Below are positions 1 to 10,188 of a stretch of 64,000 bases of DNA, piece after piece. The stretch is from assembly GCA_963701965.1 (NCBI GenBank), contig OY969695.1:4288001-4352000 (forward strand), in the 5' to 3' direction. This stretch comes from an uncultured Gemmatimonadales bacterium. Lineage in GTDB: Bacteria; Gemmatimonadota; Gemmatimonadetes; Gemmatimonadales; Gemmatimonadaceae. Made by a program: the position numbers and the translations under genes. Below the pieces are notes generated by a model, which ran no database searches, had not been told where the DNA came from, and saw only the letters and a list, made by a program, of their open reading frames with translations. Each line of letters begins with the position of its first letter. The stretch's first letter is position 1.

Positions 1-75
1 CTGGCAGGTTCTCTGCGACGCTGGCACCGCACGGATGACGTTAAGGTCGCGGCACGGCCCAATTAGATGCGTTGC

Positions 76-1485
76 TTAGGTCGGAGACACGGGGAGCCAA
101 AGGGTGAACACGCTTCCGTCTCCGACTGTGCTCTCGACTGTTACCCGGCCTTGCTGGAGCTCGGCGAGCAGTCGCGCGATGGCGAGACCGAGTCCGGAGC
201 CGCCCAGTTCCCGGCTGCGCGACTGGTCGATCCGGAAAAAGCGGTCGAAGACCAGCTCGAGATGCTCAGGCGCGATCCCGGGTCCGGTGTCGTGAACGGA
301 CACGCCTACCATGCTTCCGTCCTTCCGAAGACGGAAACGAATCTCACCCCGGAGCGTGTAGCGCACCGCGTTGGTGGCAAGATTCAGTAGGATGTGTCGC
401 GTGCGGTCGGCATCGCCCAATGCCCACGCCGGCTCCACCAGCTCGGCGCGTACCGCCAGCCTTTTGTCGACCGCCATGGCCTCCGTGATCTCCTTGACAT
501 CGTCGATGACGGGTCGGAGATCGAACGGAACGCGCGCGAGTAGCAGTTGTCGATTCTCGCCCCGGGCAATGAGCAAGAGCTCCTCGACCATCTTGGTAGT
601 CCGCTCAACCTCACGCTCAATGGCGATCAGCGCGTCACGCACCTCCGCCTCTTGCTGCTGGTGGGCCAGCGCCCACTGCGCCTGCACGCGCACGAGCGTG
701 AGCGGCGTGCGGAGTTCGTGACTCGCATCAGCCGTGAACGCTTTGAGCGCCCGATTGGCGCGGTCGACGCGCTCGAGCATCCGGTTGATGCTGTCGGCCA
801 GTGCCGTCACCTCGGCCTGGCCTGTTGGACTCGCGATCCTGGTGCCAAGCTCCGCAGGGCTTATTGCCCGCGTGTCCGCCGTGACGCGCTCGAGGGGGCC
901 AAGCGTCGCGGCGACAGCCTGGCGCGCGCCGCGACCGGCGCCGAGTGCGGCGAGCGGCAGCAGCACAGCAACCGTACCGACCAGCGCCGCCAGTCCAATA
1001 AGATAGGGATCACGACTGGCGACGACGTAGATGTCGAAGCGACCGCGCGCGTACTGAAGCACTTCGAACCGCCATCGTGAACGCCGCGTGATGGCGGCGA
1101 GCAGAATCTGCCGGACCTGCTCGGGCGACGCGCTCGCGGGGAGGCCTTCCAGACGTTCCTGGGACATCCCCCGGCTCACGTAGTAGACCTGTGACATGCC
1201 GCCCGCATCGGTGGTCGTTCGAGTAATGAGGACCTGTCCCCCCATGCTCAGGAGCCTCTCCGCCAAAGTCGCGGGCATCACGCCACCCGGTCTGGGCGTG
1301 GAGTCCGTGTAGGCTTCGAGCAGCGAGCCAATAACCTCGGCGGAATGCTGCAGGGTGCGGCGCAGCGCAACTTCACCCGCGGCGGCAAAGGCCATGACCA
1401 TAAGGAGCGCGAAACCCGTGAGCGCGGTCCACGCGACGCGTCGGGTACGCCTCGTGAGAACGGTGGCGAGACGCGGCTCGGTCAC
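76..1485 (-). CDS. Membrane sensor histidine kinase (HAMP-HisKA-HATPase)
   Basis: Two TM segments; H-box FTADASHELRTPLT; N-box LLNLATNAVRY; G1 DTGPGI; G2 GSGLGLAI. Confidence 0.95.
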   Translation of the reverse strand: MTEPRLATVLTRRTRRVAWTALTGFALLMVMAFAAAGEVALRRTLQHSAEVIGSLLEAYTDSTPRPGGVMPATLAERLLSMGGQVLITRTTTDAGGMSQVYYVSRGMSQERLEGLPASASPEQVRQILLAAITRRSRWRFEVLQYARGRFDIYVVASRDPYLIGLAALVGTVAVLLPLAALGAGRGARQAVAATLGPLERVTADTRAISPAELGTRIASPTGQAEVTALADSINRMLERVDRANRALKAFTADASHELRTPLTLVRVQAQWALAHQQQEAEVRDALIAIEREVERTTKMVEELLLIARGENRQLLLARVPFDLRPVIDDVKEITEAMAVDKRLAVRAELVEPAWALGDADRTRHILLNLATNAVRYTLRGEIRFRLRKDGSMVGVSVHDTGPGIAPEHLELVFDRFFRIDQSRSRELGGSGLGLAIARLLAELQQGRVTVESTVGDGSVFTLWLPVSPT

Positions 1486-2156
1486 GACGGGTCGAGCCGG
1501 TAGCCGGTGCCCCGCACTGTTTGGATCGGTGTGGTACGTCTTCCGGTGAACAGTTTCTTGCGGAGATAATTCACGTAGACGTCGACGACGTTGGTTTCGG
1601 GGTCGAACTGGTAGTTCCAGACTGCCTCGGCGATGCGAGACCGAGAGACCGTCCGGCCCGCGTTCCGCATCAGGAACTCCAGCAAAGCGAATTCTCGCGC
1701 ACTCAGGTCCACCCGCCGCCCGCCCTGTGTGACGTGCCGGGTCAGCGGGTCCAGCGTCAGGCTCCCGACGCTCAGGGTCGCATCCTTGTGGCGGAACTCG
1801 GCGCGCCGAATCAAGGCGTGCACCCGCGCGAGCAGCTCCGCCAGGTCGAACGGTTTGGTCAGGTAATCGTCCGCCCCGGCCTCCAGCCCTCGCACGCGCG
1901 ACTCCAACTCGTCCTTCGCGGTCAGCATGAGCACCGGCGTGAGCACGTGCCGCGACCGGAGCTCAGTGACGATGTGGAATCCGTCGCGACCGGGGAGCAT
2001 GACGTCGAGGATGATGCAGCTATAGCTCGCGCCGAGAGCAAGATCCAATGCACGATCACCTGACTCGGCCTCGATCGCGCCATAGCCCTCCTCTCGGAGG
2101 GCTTTGCTCAAAAACCGCCGCAAGTCGCGGTCATCTTCTACGACCAGAACCTGCAT
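1482..2156 (-). CDS. OmpR/PhoB-family response regulator
   Basis: VLVVEDD, LDVMLPG, GADDYLTKPF, winged-helix end VRGTGYRL; 4-bp overlap with the kinase gene. Confidence 0.95.
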   Translation of the reverse strand: MQVLVVEDDRDLRRFLSKALREEGYGAIEAESGDRALDLALGASYSCIILDVMLPGRDGFHIVTELRSRHVLTPVLMLTAKDELESRVRGLEAGADDYLTKPFDLAELLARVHALIRRAEFRHKDATLSVGSLTLDPLTRHVTQGGRRVDLSAREFALLEFLMRNAGRTVSRSRIAEAVWNYQFDPETNVVDVYVNYLRKKLFTGRRTTPIQTVRGTGYRLDPS

Positions 2157-2274
2157 GCTCTAACCTATGGCGAGTGATGCTGCCTGGCACCCTGCCACCA
2201 TGAGAGGGATATGACAATCCTCTAATGTGGCCGGCTCGTTCTTTCGCCACCCCGTTCGAATTCTACATTGACGC

Positions 2275-4800
2275 ATGATGATCGAGCCTCTGCTCTTCGA
2301 TCTGCGGTACGCGGTTCGCATGCTTCTGAGATCGCCTGGCTTCTCGTTCATTGTCATCGCGACCATGGCGCTCGGCATCGGAGCCACGACGGCGATCTAT
2401 AGCGTGATCGACGCCACGCTACTGCACCCGTTGCCGTACCCACATTCCGCCGAGCTAATGCACGTTGAGGACGACCTTCCCGGCACGGGCGCGAAGGACG
2501 TCGGCATCTCCATCCCCGAGTTCAGAGACCTGCAAAGCTCCGGGATCTTCCAGTCCGTGGCGCTTGCCAGCCACGGCGCAAACACGAACCTCACCGGCGG
2601 CGCTCAGCCCGAGCGTCTCCGCTTCAAGGCGGTGACGCCGAATTACTTCGTGGTCCTCGGTGTCAGCGCCCCGTTGGGTCACACGTTCGATCCGCGCGAT
2701 GTCGCACCCGGCTACAACCTGCAGGTCGTGATCAGCGACGGGCTGTGGAAGAGGGAATTCGGAGCTGATCCACACATCATCGGGAAAACGCTTCGCCTGG
2801 ACAACGACCCCTATCAGGTCGTGGGCGTCATGCCGCGCGGTTTTCGCGATCAGGGCTCAACCAGCGACGAGCAGAATGTGGAGATGTGGTTGGGCGCGGG
2901 ATTTGTCGGCGAGGGGTTTCCGCTTCCGCAGCGCGATCTCCGTCTGCGTCCGGCGGTCATCGCGCGCTTGAGCCCCGGTCTCTCGATTGCGGGCGCGCGG
3001 CGGCGCCTCAATGCGCTGGTTGCATCGCTGACAAAGCAATATCCGGCAGACTACCCAACCCAGGTTGCATGGACCGTGCGCTTGATTCCGCTCAGCGAGA
3101 GCGTGGTCGCCAGCGTTCACCAATCGCTCATTTTGCTGTTCGGCGCGGTCGCATTGGTCCTCCTGATCAGTTGCGTCAACGTCGCCAATCTTCTGCTCGC
3201 CAGGGCCAGCGCGCGGGGTCGTGAGGTCACCGTTCGCCTGGCTTTGGGAGCGCGGCGAACGCGCCTCATCCGCGCGCTGCTGACCGAGATTCTCCTGCTT
3301 TTCCTGCTTGGCGGAATCGCTGGTTTTGCCATCCTCTTCGGCGCCCAGCGGTTCCTGCTGCGACTTGTCCCGGAGAGTCTCCCGCACTTGAACGACATCG
3401 GAGTCGGGTGGGGCGTGCTGGGTTTTGCGGTCGCCGTCTCGCTCGCAGCCGCAACGATCTGTGGACTTGCTCCCGCATGGCTCATGAGACGCACCGATTT
3501 GATCGGTGCGCTTCGGCAGGACTCACGCGGCTCCAAGGGTTCCAAGGAACGCTCGCGCGCTCGCCAGATGCTGGTGATCAGTGAGTTGGCGCTCTCCTTG
3601 GTGCTCATGGTCGCCGCGAGCCTTCTCTTGCGCAGCTTTTGGGACCTGTTCAACGTGCGGCCCGGTTTCAATCCGAGCCGCGTGATGGTGGTGCAGAGCT
3701 GGCTGCCTCGACCCAACGATTCCACGGCGGATCCCTATCACACCGCCACGCAGGAAGCGGTCTTGCTGCGCGAGATTCTTCGTCGCAGCCGAAACCTGCC
3801 GGGCGTAGAAGAGGTGGCCATCGGCAACGCGGGCGCTCTTCCACTGGATCACAGTCCGGGTGATCTGGTGCAGTTGGTATCGATTCGCGAAGGCCTCGGG
3901 ACGAAGGCCAACGAGGCTCCCGTGATCGGTGGTACCCTCGTTACACCCGAATACTTCCACCTTTTGGGCCTGGCGGTCGAGCGCGGACGCGCGTTCACCG
4001 ATCAGGACCTCGAGACGACGCCCCAGGTTGCGGTCATCAATCAGGCCGCGGCTCGCACCTACTGGCCGGGCCAGGATCCGGTGGGCAAACGTGTCCACCT
4101 CGGTATGACGGCGAAGGAGTCTGCCCGCTCCGCTTGGACCACGATCATCGGTGTGACTGGGGACGCGCGCACGGAATCGTTGGCGGACGTGGTCGATCCG
4201 CGGATCTACCTCAGCATGTACCAGCGGGCCTTTCAAGGCAGCGTGAACCAGCGGGGTCTCCAAGGCCTGGCCGTCTTTCTTCGCGGACAACTCGATCCCC
4301 GCGCCATCCCTGCCCAAGTTCGGCAGCAGATCCAGTCCGTCGACCCGGGACTGCCCACTTTCGGTGCCGAGACGATGGATGACGTTATCTCCGCCTCGCT
4401 CTCGGTCCGGCGATTCTCCATGGAAATGGTGGCGTTCTTTGCGGCCACGGCCTTGCTGCTCGCCGGACTCGGCATCTACGGAACCATCTCCTTTGTGGTG
4501 AACGAACAACGGCGTGAGTTCGCCATACGGCTCGCGCTGGGAATTCGACGAGGCGATATCCTCGCGATGGTCCTGCGCCGGGGACTCGGTCTGGCCGCCG
4601 TTGGCGCCGCGATCGGCGTGGTCGGTGCGCTCATCGTCTCGCACCTCATGGCCGGCCTACTCTACGGCGTGTCGCCGACCAATGTCCCCACCTTCGCTGG
4701 CGTCACCCTCGTACTGACCGCCGTCGCGCTAGCCGCCAGTTATTTCCCGGCACTCCGTGCCATGCACCTCGATCCCATCACCATACTCCAGTCCGAATGA
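2275..4800 (+). CDS. Duplicated MacB/FtsX-type ABC permease (ADOP-like)
   Basis: DLRYAVRMLLRSPGF start, LLISCVNVANLLLAR, two periplasmic+FtsX halves, 841 aa. Confidence 0.93.
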   Translation: MMIEPLLFDLRYAVRMLLRSPGFSFIVIATMALGIGATTAIYSVIDATLLHPLPYPHSAELMHVEDDLPGTGAKDVGISIPEFRDLQSSGIFQSVALASHGANTNLTGGAQPERLRFKAVTPNYFVVLGVSAPLGHTFDPRDVAPGYNLQVVISDGLWKREFGADPHIIGKTLRLDNDPYQVVGVMPRGFRDQGSTSDEQNVEMWLGAGFVGEGFPLPQRDLRLRPAVIARLSPGLSIAGARRRLNALVASLTKQYPADYPTQVAWTVRLIPLSESVVASVHQSLILLFGAVALVLLISCVNVANLLLARASARGREVTVRLALGARRTRLIRALLTEILLLFLLGGIAGFAILFGAQRFLLRLVPESLPHLNDIGVGWGVLGFAVAVSLAAATICGLAPAWLMRRTDLIGALRQDSRGSKGSKERSRARQMLVISELALSLVLMVAASLLLRSFWDLFNVRPGFNPSRVMVVQSWLPRPNDSTADPYHTATQEAVLLREILRRSRNLPGVEEVAIGNAGALPLDHSPGDLVQLVSIREGLGTKANEAPVIGGTLVTPEYFHLLGLAVERGRAFTDQDLETTPQVAVINQAAARTYWPGQDPVGKRVHLGMTAKESARSAWTTIIGVTGDARTESLADVVDPRIYLSMYQRAFQGSVNQRGLQGLAVFLRGQLDPRAIPAQVRQQIQSVDPGLPTFGAETMDDVISASLSVRRFSMEMVAFFAATALLLAGLGIYGTISFVVNEQRREFAIRLALGIRRGDILAMVLRRGLGLAAVGAAIGVVGALIVSHLMAGLLYGVSPTNVPTFAGVTLVLTAVALAASYFPALRAMHLDPITILQSE

Positions 4801-4807
4801 GAGAGAG

Positions 4808-5172
4808 ATGACAATCCTCATGGTGATCAAGCCTCTTCCCCTTCCGCTGGAGCCGCTTCGGCTCCTGCGATGGACTACCGCCGCTTCGCTCATCGCGCTG
4901 GCTCCGTGCCAGGCGCGGAGCGCTATGTCCCAGATCGAGATGTCGAGCCCACCGCCGGCCGCGGCCGCCAATGTCGGCTCGATGGACGCGATCATGCACG
5001 GCTCCTACGACGTGATCTCGGGCCCCCGCGGGCAGCCGCGGCCGATGATGCGAAGCCATCCGCGCGGGGCATCTACAGCGCTCAGTTGTTCCACTATGGC
5101 ATGCGTTGGTACATCGTCACAATGTATTGGGACAACGAGTCCCCTGGGACGCGATTCCGTCGCGGTACTTGA
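4808..5172 (+). pseudogene. Internally deleted conserved secreted hypothetical protein (NTF2-like family)
   Basis: SMDAIMHGSYDVISGPRGQPR in one frame joins ARGIYSAQLFHYGMRWYIVTMYWDNE in another; in homologues I recall these motifs being about 70 aa apart. Confidence 0.6.
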
Positions 5173-5214
5173 GCTCGAAGTAACGTGCATCCGACATCCC
5201 CTCCTGGAGACGGT

Positions 5215-5739
5215 ATGAAGATCAAGTATACGATGTGCGCCGTGACCCTCCTGTTGCCACGGCTCGTCGCTGCGCAAAGCAGCCCGGTGGCCGACGCACT
5301 ACGCGATATCGCGAAACAGCGAGGGGCGAACCTGATGGCCGCAGCCGATCTCATGCCGGCCGACAAGTACGACTTCAAACCGACGCCGGCTCAGTGGAGC
5401 TACGCCCACATCATCGATCATGTGGCCTTCTACAACGACTACTTCTGCAGCGACATCTCCGGGCAGCAGGCGCCCACGCGAGCCAAGATGGATTCGACGG
5501 CTGGCAAGGACGCGCTGACGGCCAGGCTCAAGGAGACCTTCGACTTCTGCGCTCAGGCGCTGGCGGGGGTCGACGACTCCAAGCTCGGTGAGCAGATCCC
5601 CTCGTTCGGTGGCAAGACAAAGACGCGAGGCTGGATGATGATGATTACCGCTGCCGATTGGTTCGACCACTATACCCAGTTAGCCATCTACCTTCGCCTG
5701 AACGGAATTCTTCCGCCTACGGCCAAGTCCAAGGCGTGA
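5215..5739 (+). CDS. DinB-family protein with signal peptide
   Basis: AADLMPADKYDFKPT, HIIDHVA, FDHYTQLAIYLRLNGILPP; GGAG before ATG 5215. Confidence 0.9.
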   Translation: MKIKYTMCAVTLLLPRLVAAQSSPVADALRDIAKQRGANLMAAADLMPADKYDFKPTPAQWSYAHIIDHVAFYNDYFCSDISGQQAPTRAKMDSTAGKDALTARLKETFDFCAQALAGVDDSKLGEQIPSFGGKTKTRGWMMMITAADWFDHYTQLAIYLRLNGILPPTAKSKA

Positions 5740-5761
5740 TGACGGAACGGGTCGACGCTCG

Positions 5762-5781
5762 GCCACGCCTACGGGCGTGGC
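5762..5781 (+). terminator. GC hairpin after dinB-like gene
   Basis: GCCACGCC-TACG-GGCGTGGC, 8-bp stem, no clear U-tract. Confidence 0.4.
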
Positions 5782-5848
5782 TGCTAACGCGTACTGGCCG
5801 CTAGTAGTTCGCTGCGAGCCGCAGGTTTTAGGGTAGACAACAGGAAGA

Positions 5849-5890
5849 CTGTTAACCGGGAGATCGCTAGTTCAAATCCAGCCGCCCCAG
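5849..5890 (+). repeat. 3' half of a tRNA-Asn(GTT)-like gene; relic att site
   Basis: CTGTTAA anticodon loop, GTTCAAAT T-loop, acceptor 3' strand GCCCCAG; no 5' half upstream. Confidence 0.7.
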
Positions 5891-5933
5891 TTTTCCAACC
5901 AAATCAATTACATCGCTTTAGCGGCTCCGGCTC

Positions 5934-6234
5934 TCAACCAACGAGAGCGCGGGGTGCCGTTGGGTGCCGTTTTACGGCACCCCGACTCGTCGACGCTTCC
6001 CACTGCTGCCCCAACTTCGACGGCTCGTTCATCACTGCGAGAATTGTGTCGGGGTCGGGCTGCTGATAGCACTTCACCAGCATCTGAGTGCCCTTCCACC
6101 CACCAGCGGCGGCCACGTCGACGAGCGGGAAGTGCTTCCGCCTCGGTCAACCATCGATCGAGCACACGACGATTCATCAACTTCGTTGGGTTCCGTTCCC
6201 CCGTAAAAACGGGGCCACTGAGTCCACCGATCAA
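5934..6234 (-). pseudogene. C-terminal remnant of a tyrosine integrase
   Basis: MNRRVLDRWLTEAE and DVAAAGGWKGTQMLVKCYQQPDPDTILAVM align with MDRHLFDKWLAYAE and DVAEAGGWRDTATLLTCYARPDNETLLAVM of the 27658-28927 integrase; the HPYRR block is deleted. Confidence 0.8.
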
Positions 6235-6265
6235 GGAACTGTTCCATGATCCGCCGGTGGAGACA

Positions 6266-6454
6266 ATGGCTATGACGACGCGATTTCGCCTGCGCGAAGC
6301 GCTGGAAACCGCGAAGATGAGTCAGGCGGACTCATCGCGGGAGTCTGGCGTAAGTCTTGTCACGATCAACAAAATCAGTAAGAACAAGACCACGCGCGTT
6401 GACCTGCTGACGCTCGATCTATTTAGCGCGCTGGCTCTGGATCGACCCCGGTGA
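6266..6454 (+). CDS. Small XRE/Cro HTH regulator (C-terminus probably frameshifted)
   Basis: RFRLREALETAKMSQADSSRESGVSLVTINKISKNKTTRVDL; GGAG RBS. Confidence 0.7.
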   Translation: MAMTTRFRLREALETAKMSQADSSRESGVSLVTINKISKNKTTRVDLLTLDLFSALALDRPR

Positions 6455-7349
6455 GTTGATCACGCGCGCTAAGCCGACGGGCCTCGGGAGCCGCGGCCGC
6501 GGCTAGGATCTCGCCGAGGAACTGTTCGAGCGCGCGCTCGGCATCGCGCAGGTCGACAATGGCGAGGTCCACGGTGCGGGCAAGCGCGGCGAAGGGGCCG
6601 CGCCAGCTCTCCGGAAGCGCGATCGTCGGCGGCCATCAATGTTGAGCGCGGACGCGGAACGTATCCTCACAGGCGTCGCGCACGAGCGCCAAGTCGTTAT
6701 CGGTGACCAGGTCACGGAGGAGCAGCAGGTCGACCGCATCGCGATAGCGGTCGTTGTCGGTGCCTTCGTCCATGACCTTGGTCATGCCGTGGAACTTCTG
6801 CGCAATGTGATAGCGCAGGGACAGGCAAACCAGGTCATGCGGACCGTGCAGTCCGAAGTGGCGTAGCGGGATGCCGGCTAGTCGCTCGGTCTCGGTTTCG
6901 CGACCGTCCGGACGGGCGAGGTCGATCTGCACGGTGGCCCATCGCTGGGAGTGGTAGTCGATTCGCACCCACACACGGACCGCCGTATCACCAAGAGGAT
7001 ACACCTCTCGCTTGCGCGTGAACGTGCATTCTTGGTACGGCTGCCGCAGCGCCTCGTCGAGTGCTTTGACGATGTCGTCTTCTTGGCACTCCACGACTAT
7101 ATCGAGATCATCCGTCGCGCGTGCGCGTCCCGGTAGTCGCAACTCAAGCGCGACGCCGCCTTTGACGATGAACCGTGGCCCGTTCGGACTTGTGCTCGCC
7201 GCGTCGAGCGCGCCGCTCAGCATCATGAACGAGATCCAGTGCCGCACACGGCCCGTGGCGACCGCATGCGCGTTCGCGTACGCCAGAACGTACTTGTCGA
7301 GCTTGCCGACGGATGGCGGCGGCGGCGGGTCCTTCGGCGTCGGTGTCAT
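6423..7349 (-). pseudogene. abiEii: AbiEii-type nucleotidyltransferase toxin with in-frame TGA at 6636-6638
   Basis: FIVKGGVALEL, RATDDLD, IAQKFH, RYRDAVD; the frame continues past the TGA as WPPTIALPESWRGPF to a TAA at 6423. Confidence 0.85.
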
Positions 7350-7359
7350 AGTGCGCCGG

Positions 7360-7992
7360 TCAACGCCCGGGCGGGTGCCGTCGCACCCTCGGAGCCTGCC
7401 GCGTCCTGGTCCGAACATTGTCGACGTGTTCGGGACGTCCTCTCTGGCGCAGCTCGACGCGGAGGGCGGCGGCGGATGTCTCGCTCAATCGGCCGGAGCG
7501 CATACCATCCTCGATCGCTTGTCCGATGAGCGCTGGGCCGAGATCCGCATTGAGGCTATCGCGAACGGCGCGTTCGGGCGTCGTGATTGGGATGCGTTCG
7601 AGCATGGTGACGTCCGCCTTCGGTAGGTCCTCGTGGTGCACGGTCAGATATCCCGGCACGCGGCGTTGAATGCGGTACGCCGTGGGTACCGTGATGTGAA
7701 TGCGCGACGGATCGACGTCCGACATCTCGTAGAGGGATAGGGCCGTCTCATGTGAGAGCACGCCTCGTTGGCCGTAGGGCCACAGCGTGGCTTGCATGTA
7801 CTGCGCGAGCGGGTGTACCGGGTACGACGTGAGGCGATAGAGCCCCTGGCTCACACGCTCCAGTGCGCCGCGGTTCGCCATCATGACGAGGGTCATCCGA
7901 CTGACGGCGATATCGGCGGCCTGTTGGGCCGTGATGTAGCCCATCTGGTCTTCGACTAGGTCATAGATAGTCCGGTAGGTCGCGGTCGGCAT
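7360..7992 (-). CDS. abiEi: AbiEi-type antitoxin / regulator (type IV TA)
   Basis: QMGYITAQQA, LERVSQGLY, VLSHETALSLY, ITTPERAVRD; directly upstream of abiEii. Confidence 0.9.
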   Translation of the reverse strand: MPTATYRTIYDLVEDQMGYITAQQAADIAVSRMTLVMMANRGALERVSQGLYRLTSYPVHPLAQYMQATLWPYGQRGVLSHETALSLYEMSDVDPSRIHITVPTAYRIQRRVPGYLTVHHEDLPKADVTMLERIPITTPERAVRDSLNADLGPALIGQAIEDGMRSGRLSETSAAALRVELRQRGRPEHVDNVRTRTRQAPRVRRHPPGR

Positions 7993-8003
7993 AGCTTGAA
8001 AGC

Positions 8004-8068
8004 TAACAGAATGTTATAGTCTAAGCAATATGACAATATGTATCTGCATGGAATATAACATTTCGTTA
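8004..8068. promoter_or_regulatory. Inverted repeat upstream of abiEi; probable autoregulatory operator
   Basis: TAACAGAATGTTATA (8004-8018) and TATAACATTTCGTTA (8054-8068), 13/15 complementary, in AT-rich DNA. Confidence 0.65.
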
Positions 8069-8720
8069 TAAAGTAATCAGGAGCGTGTGGGCGGTGCAAG
8101 CGCCTCAAACGCCCCATTACTGCTATGGCAGATCTGAATAGCGCGGCTTATACCGGCGCCCCGCGCTCGGTGAGCACAACGGGCACAGTCGGCGCCGGTC
8201 AGGGTATCGCCGGACCCGGTCTACGAATCGGACGGGCACATTGCGCCAGATGCGCGCGAGCTGCGCCCCATTCACGTCGGGCAGCGGGCTGGTCATCCGT
8301 GAGGCGACTGCTGCGGGCGGTGCCGGCGAGGTGACTACGAGGGAGGAATGCTCGACGTGCCTCGCCGGGAGATCGAGGTGCCACAGATGCACGTCGCTCC
8401 GGGTGAAAAAGGGGTGCGGAGAGAATGGGGCAACGTTGACGAGTGTCATCGCGTGCCCTCGCTGGCGCTGATGCCGAGTTCGACGGCGCGAACGGTGCAC
8501 TCCACTGATGACGACATGCAACCTCTCGATGATGGACCGGGAGGCTCGCGGGTATAGGATGCGCGTGCGCTCCAGCGGTGCGGACTTCGAGGTGGGCGGA
8601 TAGCGCCAATCACTACATAACCCGTTACCACTATGTCGCGCACCACAATCACCATGACGCGGTGCGGGCTTAAGCTGCGAGTGTCCGAACATTCGAGCGC
8701 GGTCCATGTCGTCGATCCAG

Positions 8721-9191
8721 TCAGCGGGTGCACGAGCCGGTGCACGTGGGTCTTCCACGAACCGACCTCGAAGTCGAAGTCATGCTGTCCGTCGCGCGGC
8801 GCATGCGATGGCCACGCGCACAGGAAGACGAAGTTGTGTACTCATATCCAGTGAACACGATCGACAACCGTCTTAATGTCGGGCTGACGGAAAGGACACT
8901 CTTGTTCGACGCAAACTCCGTGTCGAGTAGTCTTGCTAGCCGCACTAGCATCCACTCAAAGGAATAGTCAGGAGGCGCGCATTCCTGAATCTGTTTCATC
9001 AGCCATTTGAGGGTCACGTACCCTGCGGCAACCGCTAGGCCGGTGAAGGCGAAAGCCACCTTAGCATCGCCGCACAAAAGTGTGCCGACCTTCGCACCTT
9101 CGTCCGTGCAATATCGTGTATCGCCGGTGAATCGGCGGTCGGATATCTGTACGACGTGATCACCGTTAACTAGCAGAAGGATCAGCGTCAT
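8721..9191 (-). pseudogene. Ntn-hydrolase/proteasome-beta-like protein, C-terminally disrupted
   Basis: Met-Thr start, SDRR, conserved K, FAFTGLA; 3' end runs into an unrelated gene fragment. Confidence 0.55.
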
Positions 9192-9294
9192 AGCATCGAG
9201 CTGATTCTACACTGGCTAGCGAGTCGAATCACGGGACTTCGCTGGGGCGGGCGGGTTATCTTGAAGAGACTGGTTCCAGCAGAGATCGGCTTCC

Positions 9295-10188
9295 ATGGCT
9301 CCAAAGCGAAAGCATCACTACATACCGAAGGTTTACTTGGACGGCTTCGTCGACCCCCACACTCCGCCGGGCCACGCCCCCTTCATTTGGGTTCGTGATA
9401 TGGCCTCCGGCAATGTTCGCCGTCGCGCACCCAAGAACGTTGCAGCCGAGACTGGATACTACGCAGTGCAAAGGGACGGGGTCGTCAACTACGACAGCGT
9501 CGAAAATGAGCTAGCCGCAGTGGAGAATCGTGCAGCTGTCGCACTACGTCTATATCTCGCGGCCACGCCTGGATCGCGTGGGGCCATCCCCGTGGCTCTT
9601 GGAGACTTTCTAGCGCTGCTTGCCGCGAGGGTGCCTTGGCTCCGTCGCGCCGCCAACGAGCAATGGCGTCTTTTCCTTGATGAGTCAGCAACCCAAGAGG
9701 ACATAAATCTCGACGCCGACTTTCCTGTGTGCCTCAGCCATCGAGCGAGCGGCGAGGAAATACGAATGCCATTGCGCTCCGCTGTCGACATGGTCAGGTC
9801 GGGGGAATGGGACCCGAGTTTCGACCAAGTCCACGTGATCGAACTGATGCAACTACAGGCATGGTACTTCCGAACAGAGCATTTCCCACGCTTGTACTGG
9901 ATACTGCTGACGGCTCCGGGCGGCAAGACCTTCATCACCTCTGATCGTCCCGTAGTGTGGTTCGTTCCGGGTCGTGGCTATGCCGACAGCCCCGGCGCAC
10001 TGAAGGACCCTGACGTTCAACTTTCCGTTCCGCTCGATTCGCGGCGCGCGCTTTTGGCGCTGGGTCGACGACCGGCGTCGCTCGATTTCCGTGTCGCGCC
10101 CGAGGATGTGAATCGACGCACAGCTCACTTTGCGGAGAGATTTATCATAGGCGCCGATCGGACGTTCGGCGGGACGGTCGCACAATGA
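9295..10188 (+). CDS. DUF4238-family protein
   Basis: KRKHHYIPKVYLDGF, VENELAAVE, FITSDRPV motifs. Confidence 0.85.
   Translation: MAPKRKHHYIPKVYLDGFVDPHTPPGHAPFIWVRDMASGNVRRRAPKNVAAETGYYAVQRDGVVNYDSVENELAAVENRAAVALRLYLAATPGSRGAIPVALGDFLALLAARVPWLRRAANEQWRLFLDESATQEDINLDADFPVCLSHRASGEEIRMPLRSAVDMVRSGEWDPSFDQVHVIELMQLQAWYFRTEHFPRLYWILLTAPGGKTFITSDRPVVWFVPGRGYADSPGALKDPDVQLSVPLDSRRALLALGRRPASLDFRVAPEDVNRRTAHFAERFIIGADRTFGGTVAQ

Noticed and set aside
6636..6638. Selenocysteine or recoded TGA in abiEii, and pyrrolysine TAG at 60347
   Set aside because: Not at catalytic positions, no recoding machinery in the window, and other indel errors make artefact or decay more likely
8100..8690. Several overlapping short ORFs
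   Set aside because: No convincing motif in any frame; looks like decayed sequence
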